From an uncultured virus (IMG/VR IMGVR_UViG_3300033074_001867) (taxonomy: Duplodnaviria > Heunggongvirae > Uroviricota > Caudoviricetes): a stretch of 20,000 bases of DNA. The stretch is taken from IMG/VR virus record IMGVR_UViG_3300033074_001867, one strand, 5' to 3'. The notes under the pieces are model-generated. The model ran no database searches. It saw only the letters and a program-made list of their open reading frames with translations, and was not told the origin of the DNA. Made by a program: the position numbers and the translations under genes. Positions 7,954-15,875 of this stretch are shown here, one piece after another (position 1 is the stretch's first letter; each line of letters starts with the position of its first letter).

Positions 7954-8541
7954 TATTTAGTATATTTGGGAGTGAATAAACGACCAGAAAACAGCCACCT
8001 TTATAGAAGATGTAGAATTTGCAAGGAAACAAAACCTTTAAATAACATATTTTTTTATAATGAAAAAAGCAGACTGTATGGACTGTCTTATGTTTGCAGA
8101 CCATGTGAGAGTATAAGGGGAAAAGAAAAGGCACTGAAGTATCCAAGAAAGAATCGAGTATATAATTTCAGTCCAGAACAGATAGAAAGAAGGCGAAAGC
8201 ATGGTAGAAATTATAAGTTAAAGGCGCTTGGAATAATAAAGAAATATACGCTAATAGATCGTAAAAAAGGAGGTCGGCATGTTTGTGATTTAACAGAAGA
8301 TTTTTTAAATCAAAACATATTGCCTTGTGCCTGTGTATACTGTGGAGATAGATGGAAAATAGGGTGTGATAGAATAGATAATTCTAGGGGACATTCTATG
8401 GACAATGTAGTTCCTTGTTGCAAATTATGTAATGTAACCAGGATGCATAATTATACTCACGAAGAAATGAAGTTATTAGGAAAAGTAATTATGCGTATAA
8501 AAAAGAAGCGCAAGAAAGACACTCCTCATTTCGAAGTATAA
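7930..8541 (+). repeat. Direct repeat of the DTPHFEV* coding sequence (7930-7953 and 8518-8541)
   Basis: GACACTCCTCACTTTGAGGTTTGA vs GACACTCCTCATTTCGAAGTATAA: first 11 nt identical, then only synonymous changes. Confidence 0.9.
7966..8541 (+). CDS. HNH-like (homing) endonuclease
   Basis: N-terminal CRIC...CRPC Zn ribbon; C-terminal CVYCG...DRIDNSRGH..DNVVPCCKLCN nuclease motif; TTG (7966) or GTG (7972) start. Confidence 0.8.
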   Translation: MGVNKRPENSHLYRRCRICKETKPLNNIFFYNEKSRLYGLSYVCRPCESIRGKEKALKYPRKNRVYNFSPEQIERRRKHGRNYKLKALGIIKKYTLIDRKKGGRHVCDLTEDFLNQNILPCACVYCGDRWKIGCDRIDNSRGHSMDNVVPCCKLCNVTRMHNYTHEEMKLLGKVIMRIKKKRKKDTPHFEV

Positions 8542-8593
8542 ATTTGTTAATAACTTTTTCGTATATTATCGTATGCTTTAGGACGCAGTGATG

Positions 8594-8601
8594 TATCTTT
8601 G
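8594..8601 (+). promoter_or_regulatory. Bacteroidota -7 promoter element
   Basis: TATCTTTG 23 nt upstream of the ATG at 8625; no clean -33 box. Confidence 0.55.
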
Positions 8602-8624
8602 TAGAGTAACAAAAACAAAGAAGT

Positions 8625-8804
8625 ATGTCAGAAACAAAGGAAATCCGGATATATGAAGCGCCGGAAGAGTTGTATGATTGGATTACTGCATTAAGTAAGA
8701 AGATGGCTAATGCAGGAGTATCTAAAACGTCTCTAATGTTGCTTAATGAAGCAAGAGAAGCCAGAGATAAACAAGAGAAAAAAAATGCGGGTAAGAATAA
8801 CTAA
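8625..8804 (+). CDS. Small ribbon-helix-helix (Arc/Mnt-like) regulator candidate, 59 aa
   Basis: Hand translation MSETKEIRIYEAPEELYDWITALSKKMANAGVSKTSLMLLNEAREARDKQEKKNAGKNN; beta-helix-helix pattern; first gene of the operon. Confidence 0.55.
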   Translation: MSETKEIRIYEAPEELYDWITALSKKMANAGVSKTSLMLLNEAREARDKQEKKNAGKNN

Positions 8805-8985
8805 CCGGGAATACGATGATCGTGTTATCTTCCTGAATCAAAATGATTTTGACGATCAGGGGACAAAATTTGTCCGTAAATCCGATGGAATGGAAGTCTC
8901 CAATGAGGAACTTGAATTTCTGGATAAGCCCGAATGGCAGGAAAAAGTAGTCAAAACAAAAGTCAATAAACTAATAACAAACTAA
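8785..8985 (+). CDS. Hypothetical protein
   Basis: Start moved to the ATG at 8785 (MRVRITNREY). Confidence 0.6.
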   Translation: MRVRITNREYDDRVIFLNQNDFDDQGTKFVRKSDGMEVSNEELEFLDKPEWQEKVVKTKVNKLITN

Positions 8986-8989
8986 AATA

Positions 8990-9562
8990 ATGGCAAAATC
9001 TAACATCACACCTAATCCGGCAGCTTCCGGAGATCTTGATTTTTTAACGAATGATATGGACAAGAAAGAGCCTGTCCAGGAACAGAAAGTAAGTGACGTA
9101 TCCTCTGATGTTGCAGTGATCGAAGATCAGGAAAGCTCAGAAGTAATGGTTGTGTCTGGAAAACCGTCTCTATTAACAGTAGTGGATCTTTCTTCGGAAG
9201 AATTCCCCGACATGGATAATACAGATGTTGCTCCGATCGATCTAATGTCGGAATACTGGACACCAAAGGTTGCCGGCGAAAAGAAAAAAGTGGTATTTGC
9301 TCACTTTGGAGAAATGGAAGTGTTGGATCAGAAAACTAATCCGCCGTCACCTCAGATGCTTAAATGTGCTTTCTTCTATGAGAAGCAAGGAGAGCACATC
9401 AAATGTGTGAGCAATGGAAGTAAACGTTTGGTAGGAGCACTAGAATCTCTGCATTTGGCTCCGGGAACTCTTCTTCAGGTAGAATACTTGGGTAAGAAGA
9501 AAAACTCTACCAACTCAAATATGTCAGATGATTGGAGTGTAAAACCACTTGTTCGCAGATAA
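8990..9562 (+). CDS. Hypothetical protein, possible OB-fold ssDNA-binding/recombination protein
   Basis: Acidic disordered N-terminus and beta-rich C-domain; adjacent to the SMC-like ATPase. Confidence 0.5.
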   Translation: MAKSNITPNPAASGDLDFLTNDMDKKEPVQEQKVSDVSSDVAVIEDQESSEVMVVSGKPSLLTVVDLSSEEFPDMDNTDVAPIDLMSEYWTPKVAGEKKKVVFAHFGEMEVLDQKTNPPSPQMLKCAFFYEKQGEHIKCVSNGSKRLVGALESLHLAPGTLLQVEYLGKKKNSTNSNMSDDWSVKPLVRR

Positions 9563-9576
9563 TTTAAAAAAGCCAC

Positions 9577-10866
9577 ATGAAGATTCAAAAAGTCAAGATT
9601 TCCAACTTCCGCAACATTGAAAAGCTGGAAAAGGATCTCAATGGAGCAAGTATCTTGCTTATCGGAGAGAACACGGTCGGCAAAAGCAATTTTATCAAAG
9701 CAATCACCGGCGTATTAACAGATACATTCGGAGAAAGTCCTTTAATGAAAGGAAAGAAAGACGGATTTATCGAAGCAATTGTCGGAGCCGATGGTCAGAA
9801 CTACGTTTTTGAAGCCAAGTTCAAAGAGGGATCAGATAAGGTTACTCTTACTGTAACAGGTCCGGACGGATTAAAATCAAAAGCGAAAAGCGCAATCGGT
9901 GCTGTTGGTGGAGAAGTTGAATTTGACATTTTTGACTTTGTGGAGAAGAGTAAAACTTCAAAAGGTCGCAAAGAGCAGGTAGAAATAGTCAAGTCTTTTT
10001 TCCCGGAAGAGGTAAAGATTGAACTTCGCAAGTATGAAAATCATGTGCAAAGTGCGTATGAAGATCGTGCAGAACTCAATAAGAAGATCAAAGACAAAGA
10101 AGGTGCAATCTCTCAGATGGAGATTACCGGTGATACGGTAAAGAAGTACAAAGAACCACTTTCGGTAGATGCTATTTCTGCTAAGATAGAATTGGCTGAT
10201 AAGCACAATCAGAATGTGCAGAAAGCTCAGAATGCACTGGATACTTGTGTGGCTCATGAAAAACAATTGAGTGAACGTTTGGAAGAACTGCAAGCGGAGA
10301 TTGAAAAGGTGAAGGGAATCCAAAAGACGAATGATGAAAAGAAGGTAAAAGTTCAGGATTGGCTTGATGATCCTAAAAATGCTGCAATCCCGAAAGATGC
10401 TCTGATGGAACAGTTAAAGAGCGTGAACGATCACAATATCCTTCATGAGCGAGTAAAGAATGCACTCAAAGTCCAGGAAGAGTTAAAATTACTTCGGGAT
10501 GAATCAGAAGATCTTACTGTTTTAATAGAAACACAACGTCAGGCAATTTCTGATACAGTGAAAAGCATGGATGATCAGATGCCGATCTCAGGATTAGGAT
10601 TCAGCGAAGAATGCTTGCTATACAACGGCATGCCGGTAGACGAATCTACTATGAGTACTTCAGAGATCATGATGCTGGGAGCAAGATTGCAAATGGCTCG
10701 TAATCCAAATGTAGAAGTGATTTTCCTGGAGCACGGCGAATCGCTTGGTCAGGCAAAATTCGATGAACTGAAGAAAATGTGTCAGGACTATAATTTTCAA
10801 CTGATACTCGAACAGATGGAAAGAGGTGTGGGAGAACTGAAGATTGAATTTATTCCGGAAGTGTAA
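9577..10866 (+). CDS. SMC/Rad50-like ATPase (AAA_23)
   Basis: MKI..V.ISNFR start, Walker A GENTVGKS, central coiled coil, degenerate signature MSTSE, Walker B VIFLEHGESL. Confidence 0.85.
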   Translation: MKIQKVKISNFRNIEKLEKDLNGASILLIGENTVGKSNFIKAITGVLTDTFGESPLMKGKKDGFIEAIVGADGQNYVFEAKFKEGSDKVTLTVTGPDGLKSKAKSAIGAVGGEVEFDIFDFVEKSKTSKGRKEQVEIVKSFFPEEVKIELRKYENHVQSAYEDRAELNKKIKDKEGAISQMEITGDTVKKYKEPLSVDAISAKIELADKHNQNVQKAQNALDTCVAHEKQLSERLEELQAEIEKVKGIQKTNDEKKVKVQDWLDDPKNAAIPKDALMEQLKSVNDHNILHERVKNALKVQEELKLLRDESEDLTVLIETQRQAISDTVKSMDDQMPISGLGFSEECLLYNGMPVDESTMSTSEIMMLGARLQMARNPNVEVIFLEHGESLGQAKFDELKKMCQDYNFQLILEQMERGVGELKIEFIPEV

Positions 10867-11193
10867 GTGATAAAAATTGACATTAAACCATTATCAGTAA
10901 ATGATGCGTGGAAAGGAAGAAGATTTAAAACAAAGCAGTACGAGAAGTATGAGAGAGATGTTTTATTTCTTCTTCCTAAGATAAAATTACCGGATCCGCC
11001 TTTCCATGTGAATTACGAATTTGGTTTTAGTAGTGCAGGAAGTGACCTCGATAATCCTGTAAAATTATGCACAGACATTTTACAAAAGAAATATGAATTC
11101 AATGACTCTTCAATTCATTCGATGAACATTCGAAAGTTCAAAGTTGAGAAGGGTAAAGAGTATTTTAAGTTTGAATTTAAGACATTAGAGTAA
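10867..11193 (+). CDS. rusA: RusA-family Holliday junction resolvase
   Basis: PLSVN..W, SDLDN..K...DIL and NDSSI motifs. Confidence 0.8.
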   Translation: MIKIDIKPLSVNDAWKGRRFKTKQYEKYERDVLFLLPKIKLPDPPFHVNYEFGFSSAGSDLDNPVKLCTDILQKKYEFNDSSIHSMNIRKFKVEKGKEYFKFEFKTLE

Positions 11194-11326
11194 AGAGTAC
11201 CCGATTCTCCCCACATCTTACCGACTAAAAACTATGGCGTAGTTTAAATTTGTATTGTTAATAAATAGTACAAAAAACTGTAGTCGGCTGTTTTTATAGT
11301 AGAATTTATTGCCCCACATTGCACAC

Positions 11327-11453
11327 GCTGACTAACTTAAAATGAATCATTCAAAGACATAATAGAAACGCCTCGTTGCGTAGAAGATAATGGTCATTAC
11401 CGAAAGGTGGGTTATTCAGCACTTCTACAAAAACGGGGCGTTTCTGTTATTTT
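11327..11453 (+). ncRNA. Structured leader RNA / attenuator (C4/CI-like)
   Basis: 19-bp stem 11359-11377/11432-11450 with two G-U pairs, inner 7-bp stem, GAAA tetraloop, and an upstream complementary box. Confidence 0.55.
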
Positions 11454-11464
11454 AATCCGTAACC

Positions 11465-11749
11465 ATGGATGTTATTTGTAAAAAATGTGGTAGTGTAAAC
11501 GACTACCGGATCGAGAAAAGAGCCAAGAATAATTGTGCTTTTTGTAATGGATGCGATCAATTCATTAAAAACATTCCTTATAAAAGTCAGACAATTTTAT
11601 ATTTTGGAAAATATAAAGGAATGGACATACTCGAAATGACCGATATTTCTTACATGAAATGGTTGTATGAGAATGCTTCAAGTCTTAAAGAGCATCAAAA
11701 AAAAGCACTAAATGATCGTATGGATTTCTTAAAAAATGAAGGCCAATGA
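11465..11749 (+). CDS. Zn-ribbon plus FGKYKG-motif (DUF3820-like) protein
   Basis: CKKC...CNGC followed by FGKYKG..I......SYMKW. Confidence 0.7.
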   Translation: MDVICKKCGSVNDYRIEKRAKNNCAFCNGCDQFIKNIPYKSQTILYFGKYKGMDILEMTDISYMKWLYENASSLKEHQKKALNDRMDFLKNEGQ

Positions 11750-12315
11750 GAGATAGTTGTATATTTTATCGGTCGTTTTACGACGCTATTTTGACCATGC
11801 CTCCGACTGATCAAAACACCTTGTTTCGGGCTGTTTTTGACTACTCCTTTGATCAAAAAGAGCCGGAATTGGACGGATTACCTAAGACTATATTTAACTT
11901 GTTTAAACCTGTGATAAACAGTAATATAAAGAACTGGAAGAATGGGTCGAAACCAAAGAAAAAGCCAAACCGAAGCCAAACCGAAGCCAAACCGAAGCGA
12001 AAAGGAAGCCAAACCGAAGCCTATAAGGATAAGGATAACAATAAGGATGTAGATAAGGATAAGGATTATTCTTTCGAGCAATTCTGGCAATTGTATGGCA
12101 AGAAAGAAAAGAAGGTGGAGGCGCAAAAGAAATTTGAAAAGCTAACTCCTCAAGATGTGCAGGAAATATTTGAAACGCTGCCCGGATTTTTGAAGAGCAA
12201 CAAAGAAATACAATATCGGCCATATCCATTAACTTATCTCAATCAGCGCAGGTGGAAAGATGAAGCGCCGCTGGTGCCCGCAAAAAAACAGCAAGAGGAG
12301 GCTAATTCATGGTAG
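11746..12315 (+). CDS. Phage replication initiator (DUF6291-like N-terminus, lambda O-like layout)
   Basis: RDSCIFYRSFYDAI N-domain, repetitive linker, DKDKD tract, C-domain FEQFWQLY.KK..K..A...YP.TYLNQRRWKDE. Confidence 0.8.
   Translation: MRDSCIFYRSFYDAILTMPPTDQNTLFRAVFDYSFDQKEPELDGLPKTIFNLFKPVINSNIKNWKNGSKPKKKPNRSQTEAKPKRKGSQTEAYKDKDNNKDVDKDKDYSFEQFWQLYGKKEKKVEAQKKFEKLTPQDVQEIFETLPGFLKSNKEIQYRPYPLTYLNQRRWKDEAPLVPAKKQQEEANSW
11962..12021 (+). repeat. 11-bp tandem iterons AAGCCAAACCG, putative replication origin
   Basis: Perfect copies at 11962, 11973, 11984 and 12006; degenerate copy at 11995; partial copy at 12017. Confidence 0.8.
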
Positions 12316-14168
12316 GTAGCATTACAATCTTTGCAAATATTTTTAGTAAAGATCCGCATTATATCACTGTTGATACAGCTCTTGATCGTATTAAGACTGG
12401 CATAAAAAGCAAAGAAAGGGTGCTGGAGATACGGTCGCAGATAGACAAAGAAAGAGCAAATGTACTGAAGCAAAATCTGCCAAGTATTTGTTTTTCAGGG
12501 AAATTCACCGGCGAAAGAAAAGACGCTACGATTATTACTCACAGTGGTTTTATTTGTCTTGATTTTGACAATATTGAGCAGTTGGAAAGTAAAAAAGAGG
12601 AACTATCTAAAAGCCCTTTTTGCTTTTCCGTATGGGTAAGTCCTTCCGGATCAGGATTAAAGATGCTTGTAAAAATAGCAGATGGGTCTAAGCATCGCCT
12701 TCATTTTGCATCGTTAAAAAAAGAGTTTCCAGAGATCGATAGGTCCGGCGTAAATGAATCAAGGGTGGCTTACGAAAGCTATGATCCTGAAATTTATGTT
12801 AATGAAAAAGCGGAAGTATATACAAAAATCCTTAAAACAGAATTTGTTGAGCAGCGGGAAAAGGTAGAAAATCAACAAGACGTTTTTGATAAAATCGTTG
12901 TTTGGCTGACTAATCGAGGAGACGCATTTGTTTCGGGGGAGAGAAACCAATTTATATTCAAATTGTCATCTGCTTGTTGTCGATTCGGAATACATGAACA
13001 GAATACGCTTGATTACTGCGCCATATCGTTTTTAACGCATGATAATACTTTTTCTGCCTCAGAGTGTCAAAAAGCTATTCAAAGTGCTTACAAGGCAAAT
13101 AGGCAGTTGTTTGGAAGTGCTGCTTTTGAAAGCGGGAAGTTGGTTGAAAAAACAACACGACACGAAATTTCATTGCCGGCAACTAATCCGGATATTTTTG
13201 ATCTTGAAATAAGGCCAAAGGATGTAATATTTGGGGAGGATGTAAAAGCAGCAGCGCTTAATATTTATGATAGTGGATACGAAAGCATTCAGAGTATGGG
13301 TATTTCGGAGTTAGATGAATATTTTAAGATGAAAAGGGGAGAGATCACCTTGCTTTCGGGAATAGGTAATTACGGAAAAAGTTCGTTATTGAAATTTCTT
13401 CTGTTGATGAAAGCAATCTTGTTTGATCAGAAATTCGCATTATTTTCTCCCGAAGACTGCCCTGCAAGTGAGTTCTATCATGATCTGGTAGAAATATATC
13501 TTGGGTGCGATTGTACTCCCAAAAATCCTAATCGACCATCAAGAGAAAAGTACGATGTTGCCTATGATTGGATAAGCAAACATATTTTTTATGTCTATCC
13601 AAAAACGATTGCTCCAACTCCGGAATACATAAAAGAACGATTTCTTGAGTTGATCATTAAGCAAAAGGTGGATGGTTGTGTAATAGATCCTTTTAATCAA
13701 CTCAGCAACGAGTATGGAGCAAGATCAGACAAGTACCTGGAAACATTTCTTTCCGATTGCAGTCGGTTTGCTCAAACGAACAACGTGTATTTTATTATTG
13801 TTGCGCATCCGACTAAGCTAAAAAAGATACAAGGCGAAGAAAATTATCCGTGTCCTGATATATTTGACATTGCCGATGGTGCCATGTGGAATAATAAAAT
13901 GGACAATATTTTAATTTATCATAGACCAGAACATCAGAGTGATCCCAATAGTTCGTTGTGCGAATTACATACTAAAAAAATCAGGCGGCAAAAAATGATC
14001 GGTAAAAAAGGAGTTCTTGAATTTCAGTTAAACAGAACAATAAGGCGTTTTGTGTTTTCCGGAAAAGATGTGATGGGATCGGCATTAAAGGGAGAAAAAG
14101 AAACTAAGCAATTAAACATTACGGATTACAGAAACTTCCATGAGCCAAACAAAGACTTCGAGTTTTAA
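12309..14168 (+). CDS. Primase-helicase fusion (BT4734/VirE-N-like primase, PriCT-like domain, SF4 DnaB/Twinkle-like helicase)
   Basis: HSGFICLDFD, VSPSGSGLK, GERN..IF, Walker A GIGNYGKS, IDPFNQL and VAHPTK motifs. Confidence 0.85.
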   Translation: MVGSITIFANIFSKDPHYITVDTALDRIKTGIKSKERVLEIRSQIDKERANVLKQNLPSICFSGKFTGERKDATIITHSGFICLDFDNIEQLESKKEELSKSPFCFSVWVSPSGSGLKMLVKIADGSKHRLHFASLKKEFPEIDRSGVNESRVAYESYDPEIYVNEKAEVYTKILKTEFVEQREKVENQQDVFDKIVVWLTNRGDAFVSGERNQFIFKLSSACCRFGIHEQNTLDYCAISFLTHDNTFSASECQKAIQSAYKANRQLFGSAAFESGKLVEKTTRHEISLPATNPDIFDLEIRPKDVIFGEDVKAAALNIYDSGYESIQSMGISELDEYFKMKRGEITLLSGIGNYGKSSLLKFLLLMKAILFDQKFALFSPEDCPASEFYHDLVEIYLGCDCTPKNPNRPSREKYDVAYDWISKHIFYVYPKTIAPTPEYIKERFLELIIKQKVDGCVIDPFNQLSNEYGARSDKYLETFLSDCSRFAQTNNVYFIIVAHPTKLKKIQGEENYPCPDIFDIADGAMWNNKMDNILIYHRPEHQSDPNSSLCELHTKKIRRQKMIGKKGVLEFQLNRTIRRFVFSGKDVMGSALKGEKETKQLNITDYRNFHEPNKDFEF

Positions 14169-14376
14169 TTTAACTTACAGGGATAAGATATTTTGTATGT
14201 TTCTGAGTTTAGAAGTGGATCAGGAATTTGAAATATATAAAAAAGTTCATCCCGAAAACATTAAACAATTCATTGAAGAGTGTAAGCAATTAATCAAAGA
14301 GGATTTAATGCTTTCGCATTATATGCTCTTTGATGACCATTACACTAAAATTAAAAAGAAACTAAAAGTATTTTAA
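14140..14376 (+). CDS. Hypothetical protein
   Basis: 78-aa ORF packed within the operon. Confidence 0.6.
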   Translation: MSQTKTSSFNLTYRDKIFCMFLSLEVDQEFEIYKKVHPENIKQFIEECKQLIKEDLMLSHYMLFDDHYTKIKKKLKVF

Positions 14377-14379
14377 GAT

Positions 14380-14664
14380 ATGAGCACATTAACCATCAAA
14401 GGCAAGATCAACAAAATATTTCCTGTAGAGGGAGACAAAGATAAATTCCAGAAGCAGGTCTTCTGGCTGGACTACGAGGAGAATGGATTTTCTCAGGTCG
14501 TAGCATTTGAATGCTGGAAAAACAAATTGCATTTGATACAGAACTGTGTTCCGGGTGAAACTGTAGAAGTCAGTTTTAACGTAATGGGAAGAGTGCATGA
14601 AGGCAAGTGTTATAATTCACTCAGGGTTTGGAAGATTGTTGCTGAAGCTAATGGAAATGGATAA
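14380..14664 (+). CDS. DUF3127-like OB-fold protein (putative SSB)
   Basis: I.GKI.KI...F.KQ.F...Q.V.FE....K...G..V.VSFN..GR...GK.YNSL..WKI pattern. Confidence 0.8.
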   Translation: MSTLTIKGKINKIFPVEGDKDKFQKQVFWLDYEENGFSQVVAFECWKNKLHLIQNCVPGETVEVSFNVMGRVHEGKCYNSLRVWKIVAEANGNG

Positions 14665-15430
14665 ATTTACTCACGGATCGCTCTTCAGCGGCATTGGAGG
14701 TTTTGATTATGCAGCTCAATTAATGGGATGGAATAATGTTTTTCATTGCGAATGGATTGAAAGCAAAAGAAAGTTTTTAGAAAATAAATTTAAAGGGTCA
14801 ATTAGTTATGGCGACATCAGTAAAACAGACTTCACTATTCACAGAGGAACAATCGATGTGCTTTCCGGTGGATTCCCTTGCCAGGATGCAAGTATTGCAA
14901 AGCAAGATGGAAAAGGACAACAAGGGCTTAATGGAAGCAGGACAGGATTGTTTACAGAATTCTGCAGATCCATTGAAGAAATCAAACCAAAATTTGTTGT
15001 CGCCGAAAATGTCGCTAACATTCTTAGAACTAATGGAGGGGCAGACTTTAGCGCAATTCTCACCGAACTATCCAGATTGGGGTATAATGCAGAATGGCGA
15101 GTTTGTTATGCGTCAGAAGTCGGTGCGCCGCATCAAAGAGCCAGGTTGTATATCGTTGCTTACTCCTGCAGCATCAGATTACAAGAGGGAGCGTCTTTCT
15201 TTTCCTTTCTTCACCAGAAGACATCACCGTTCACCTGGATCGCTGCCGGAACATCTGTACAGATTATTCGGGGCGGTGCCTGGCAGACTGAACCCCCAAC
15301 TTTATGCTTACCTGATGGGATATCCGGTCGATTGGTTAGAGAACAATTACACGGATATGGAAACGCAGTAGTACCACAAATACCATTAGCAATATTTAAA
15401 GCAATACAAGAAACAGATAATGAAACCTAA
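14657..15430 (+). CDS. DNA cytosine-5 methyltransferase, large (alpha) subunit
   Basis: Motif I FSGIGG, IV GFPCQD, VI ENV, VIII QRARLY, X YGNAVV; no motif IX in frame; start at 14651 or 14657. Confidence 0.9.
   Translation: MDKFTHGSLFSGIGGFDYAAQLMGWNNVFHCEWIESKRKFLENKFKGSISYGDISKTDFTIHRGTIDVLSGGFPCQDASIAKQDGKGQQGLNGSRTGLFTEFCRSIEEIKPKFVVAENVANILRTNGGADFSAILTELSRLGYNAEWRVCYASEVGAPHQRARLYIVAYSCSIRLQEGASFFSFLHQKTSPFTWIAAGTSVQIIRGGAWQTEPPTLCLPDGISGRLVREQLHGYGNAVVPQIPLAIFKAIQETDNET
14808..15371 (+). CDS. Nested alternate-frame ORF, putative methyltransferase beta subunit
   Basis: 187 open codons inside the MTase gene; contains LLTPAASD and the motif IX-like RLNPQLYAYLMGYPVDW. Confidence 0.75.
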   Translation: MATSVKQTSLFTEEQSMCFPVDSLARMQVLQSKMEKDNKGLMEAGQDCLQNSADPLKKSNQNLLSPKMSLTFLELMEGQTLAQFSPNYPDWGIMQNGEFVMRQKSVRRIKEPGCISLLTPAASDYKRERLSFPFFTRRHHRSPGSLPEHLYRLFGAVPGRLNPQLYAYLMGYPVDWLENNYTDMETQ

Positions 15431-15875
15431 GATCTGTTCCAAGTGTGAAAAGCCAGTAGAGAAGTACGGTAACGCATTTAAGAAACTTTGCATTTGGTGC
15501 AATCGGGACCGGCTGAATGAGAATAAGCCTAAGAAGTATAGCAGTATCAAATTTAAACCGGCAGAGAGAAGTCCAGAAGGATTGACAAAGCCTGAGTTTT
15601 TCCGGGAAATATGGCTAGATCGTGTAGGTAATCACTTTTGTGTAGATGGCGGCAAATGGCTTGGAGAAACAGCGTATCATTATATGTTTTCTCATGATAT
15701 TGATGTCAGTTTAAATAAAGCGTTGGAATGGGAGAAAAGCAATGTGAGTCTTCGGTGTTATCGCCATCACCACCTCAAAGATCACGGAACCATAAAGCAG
15801 TATGAAAAGAGTTTGGAAGATAAAAACTGTAGTTGCCAGCCGTATTTTACCATGGCTCATGAATATAGCTCATGA
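15420..15875 (+). CDS. Zn-finger plus HNH-like (NinG-like) putative nuclease
   Basis: CSKC...CIWC N-terminus; C..GG....FSH...NV.LRC.RHH C-domain. Confidence 0.55.
   Translation: MKPKICSKCEKPVEKYGNAFKKLCIWCNRDRLNENKPKKYSSIKFKPAERSPEGLTKPEFFREIWLDRVGNHFCVDGGKWLGETAYHYMFSHDIDVSLNKALEWEKSNVSLRCYRHHHLKDHGTIKQYEKSLEDKNCSCQPYFTMAHEYSS

Noticed and set aside
7954..8517. Group I intron or intein explaining the endolysin-HNH arrangement
   Set aside because: Only 12 nt of non-coding space, no ribozyme core, no intein terminal residues, and the endolysin is already complete with its own stop.
9012..12950. Antisense ORFs overlapping the recombination and replication genes (e.g. 9958-10323, 11903-12229)
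   Set aside because: Shadow ORFs of well-supported genes with no motifs of their own.
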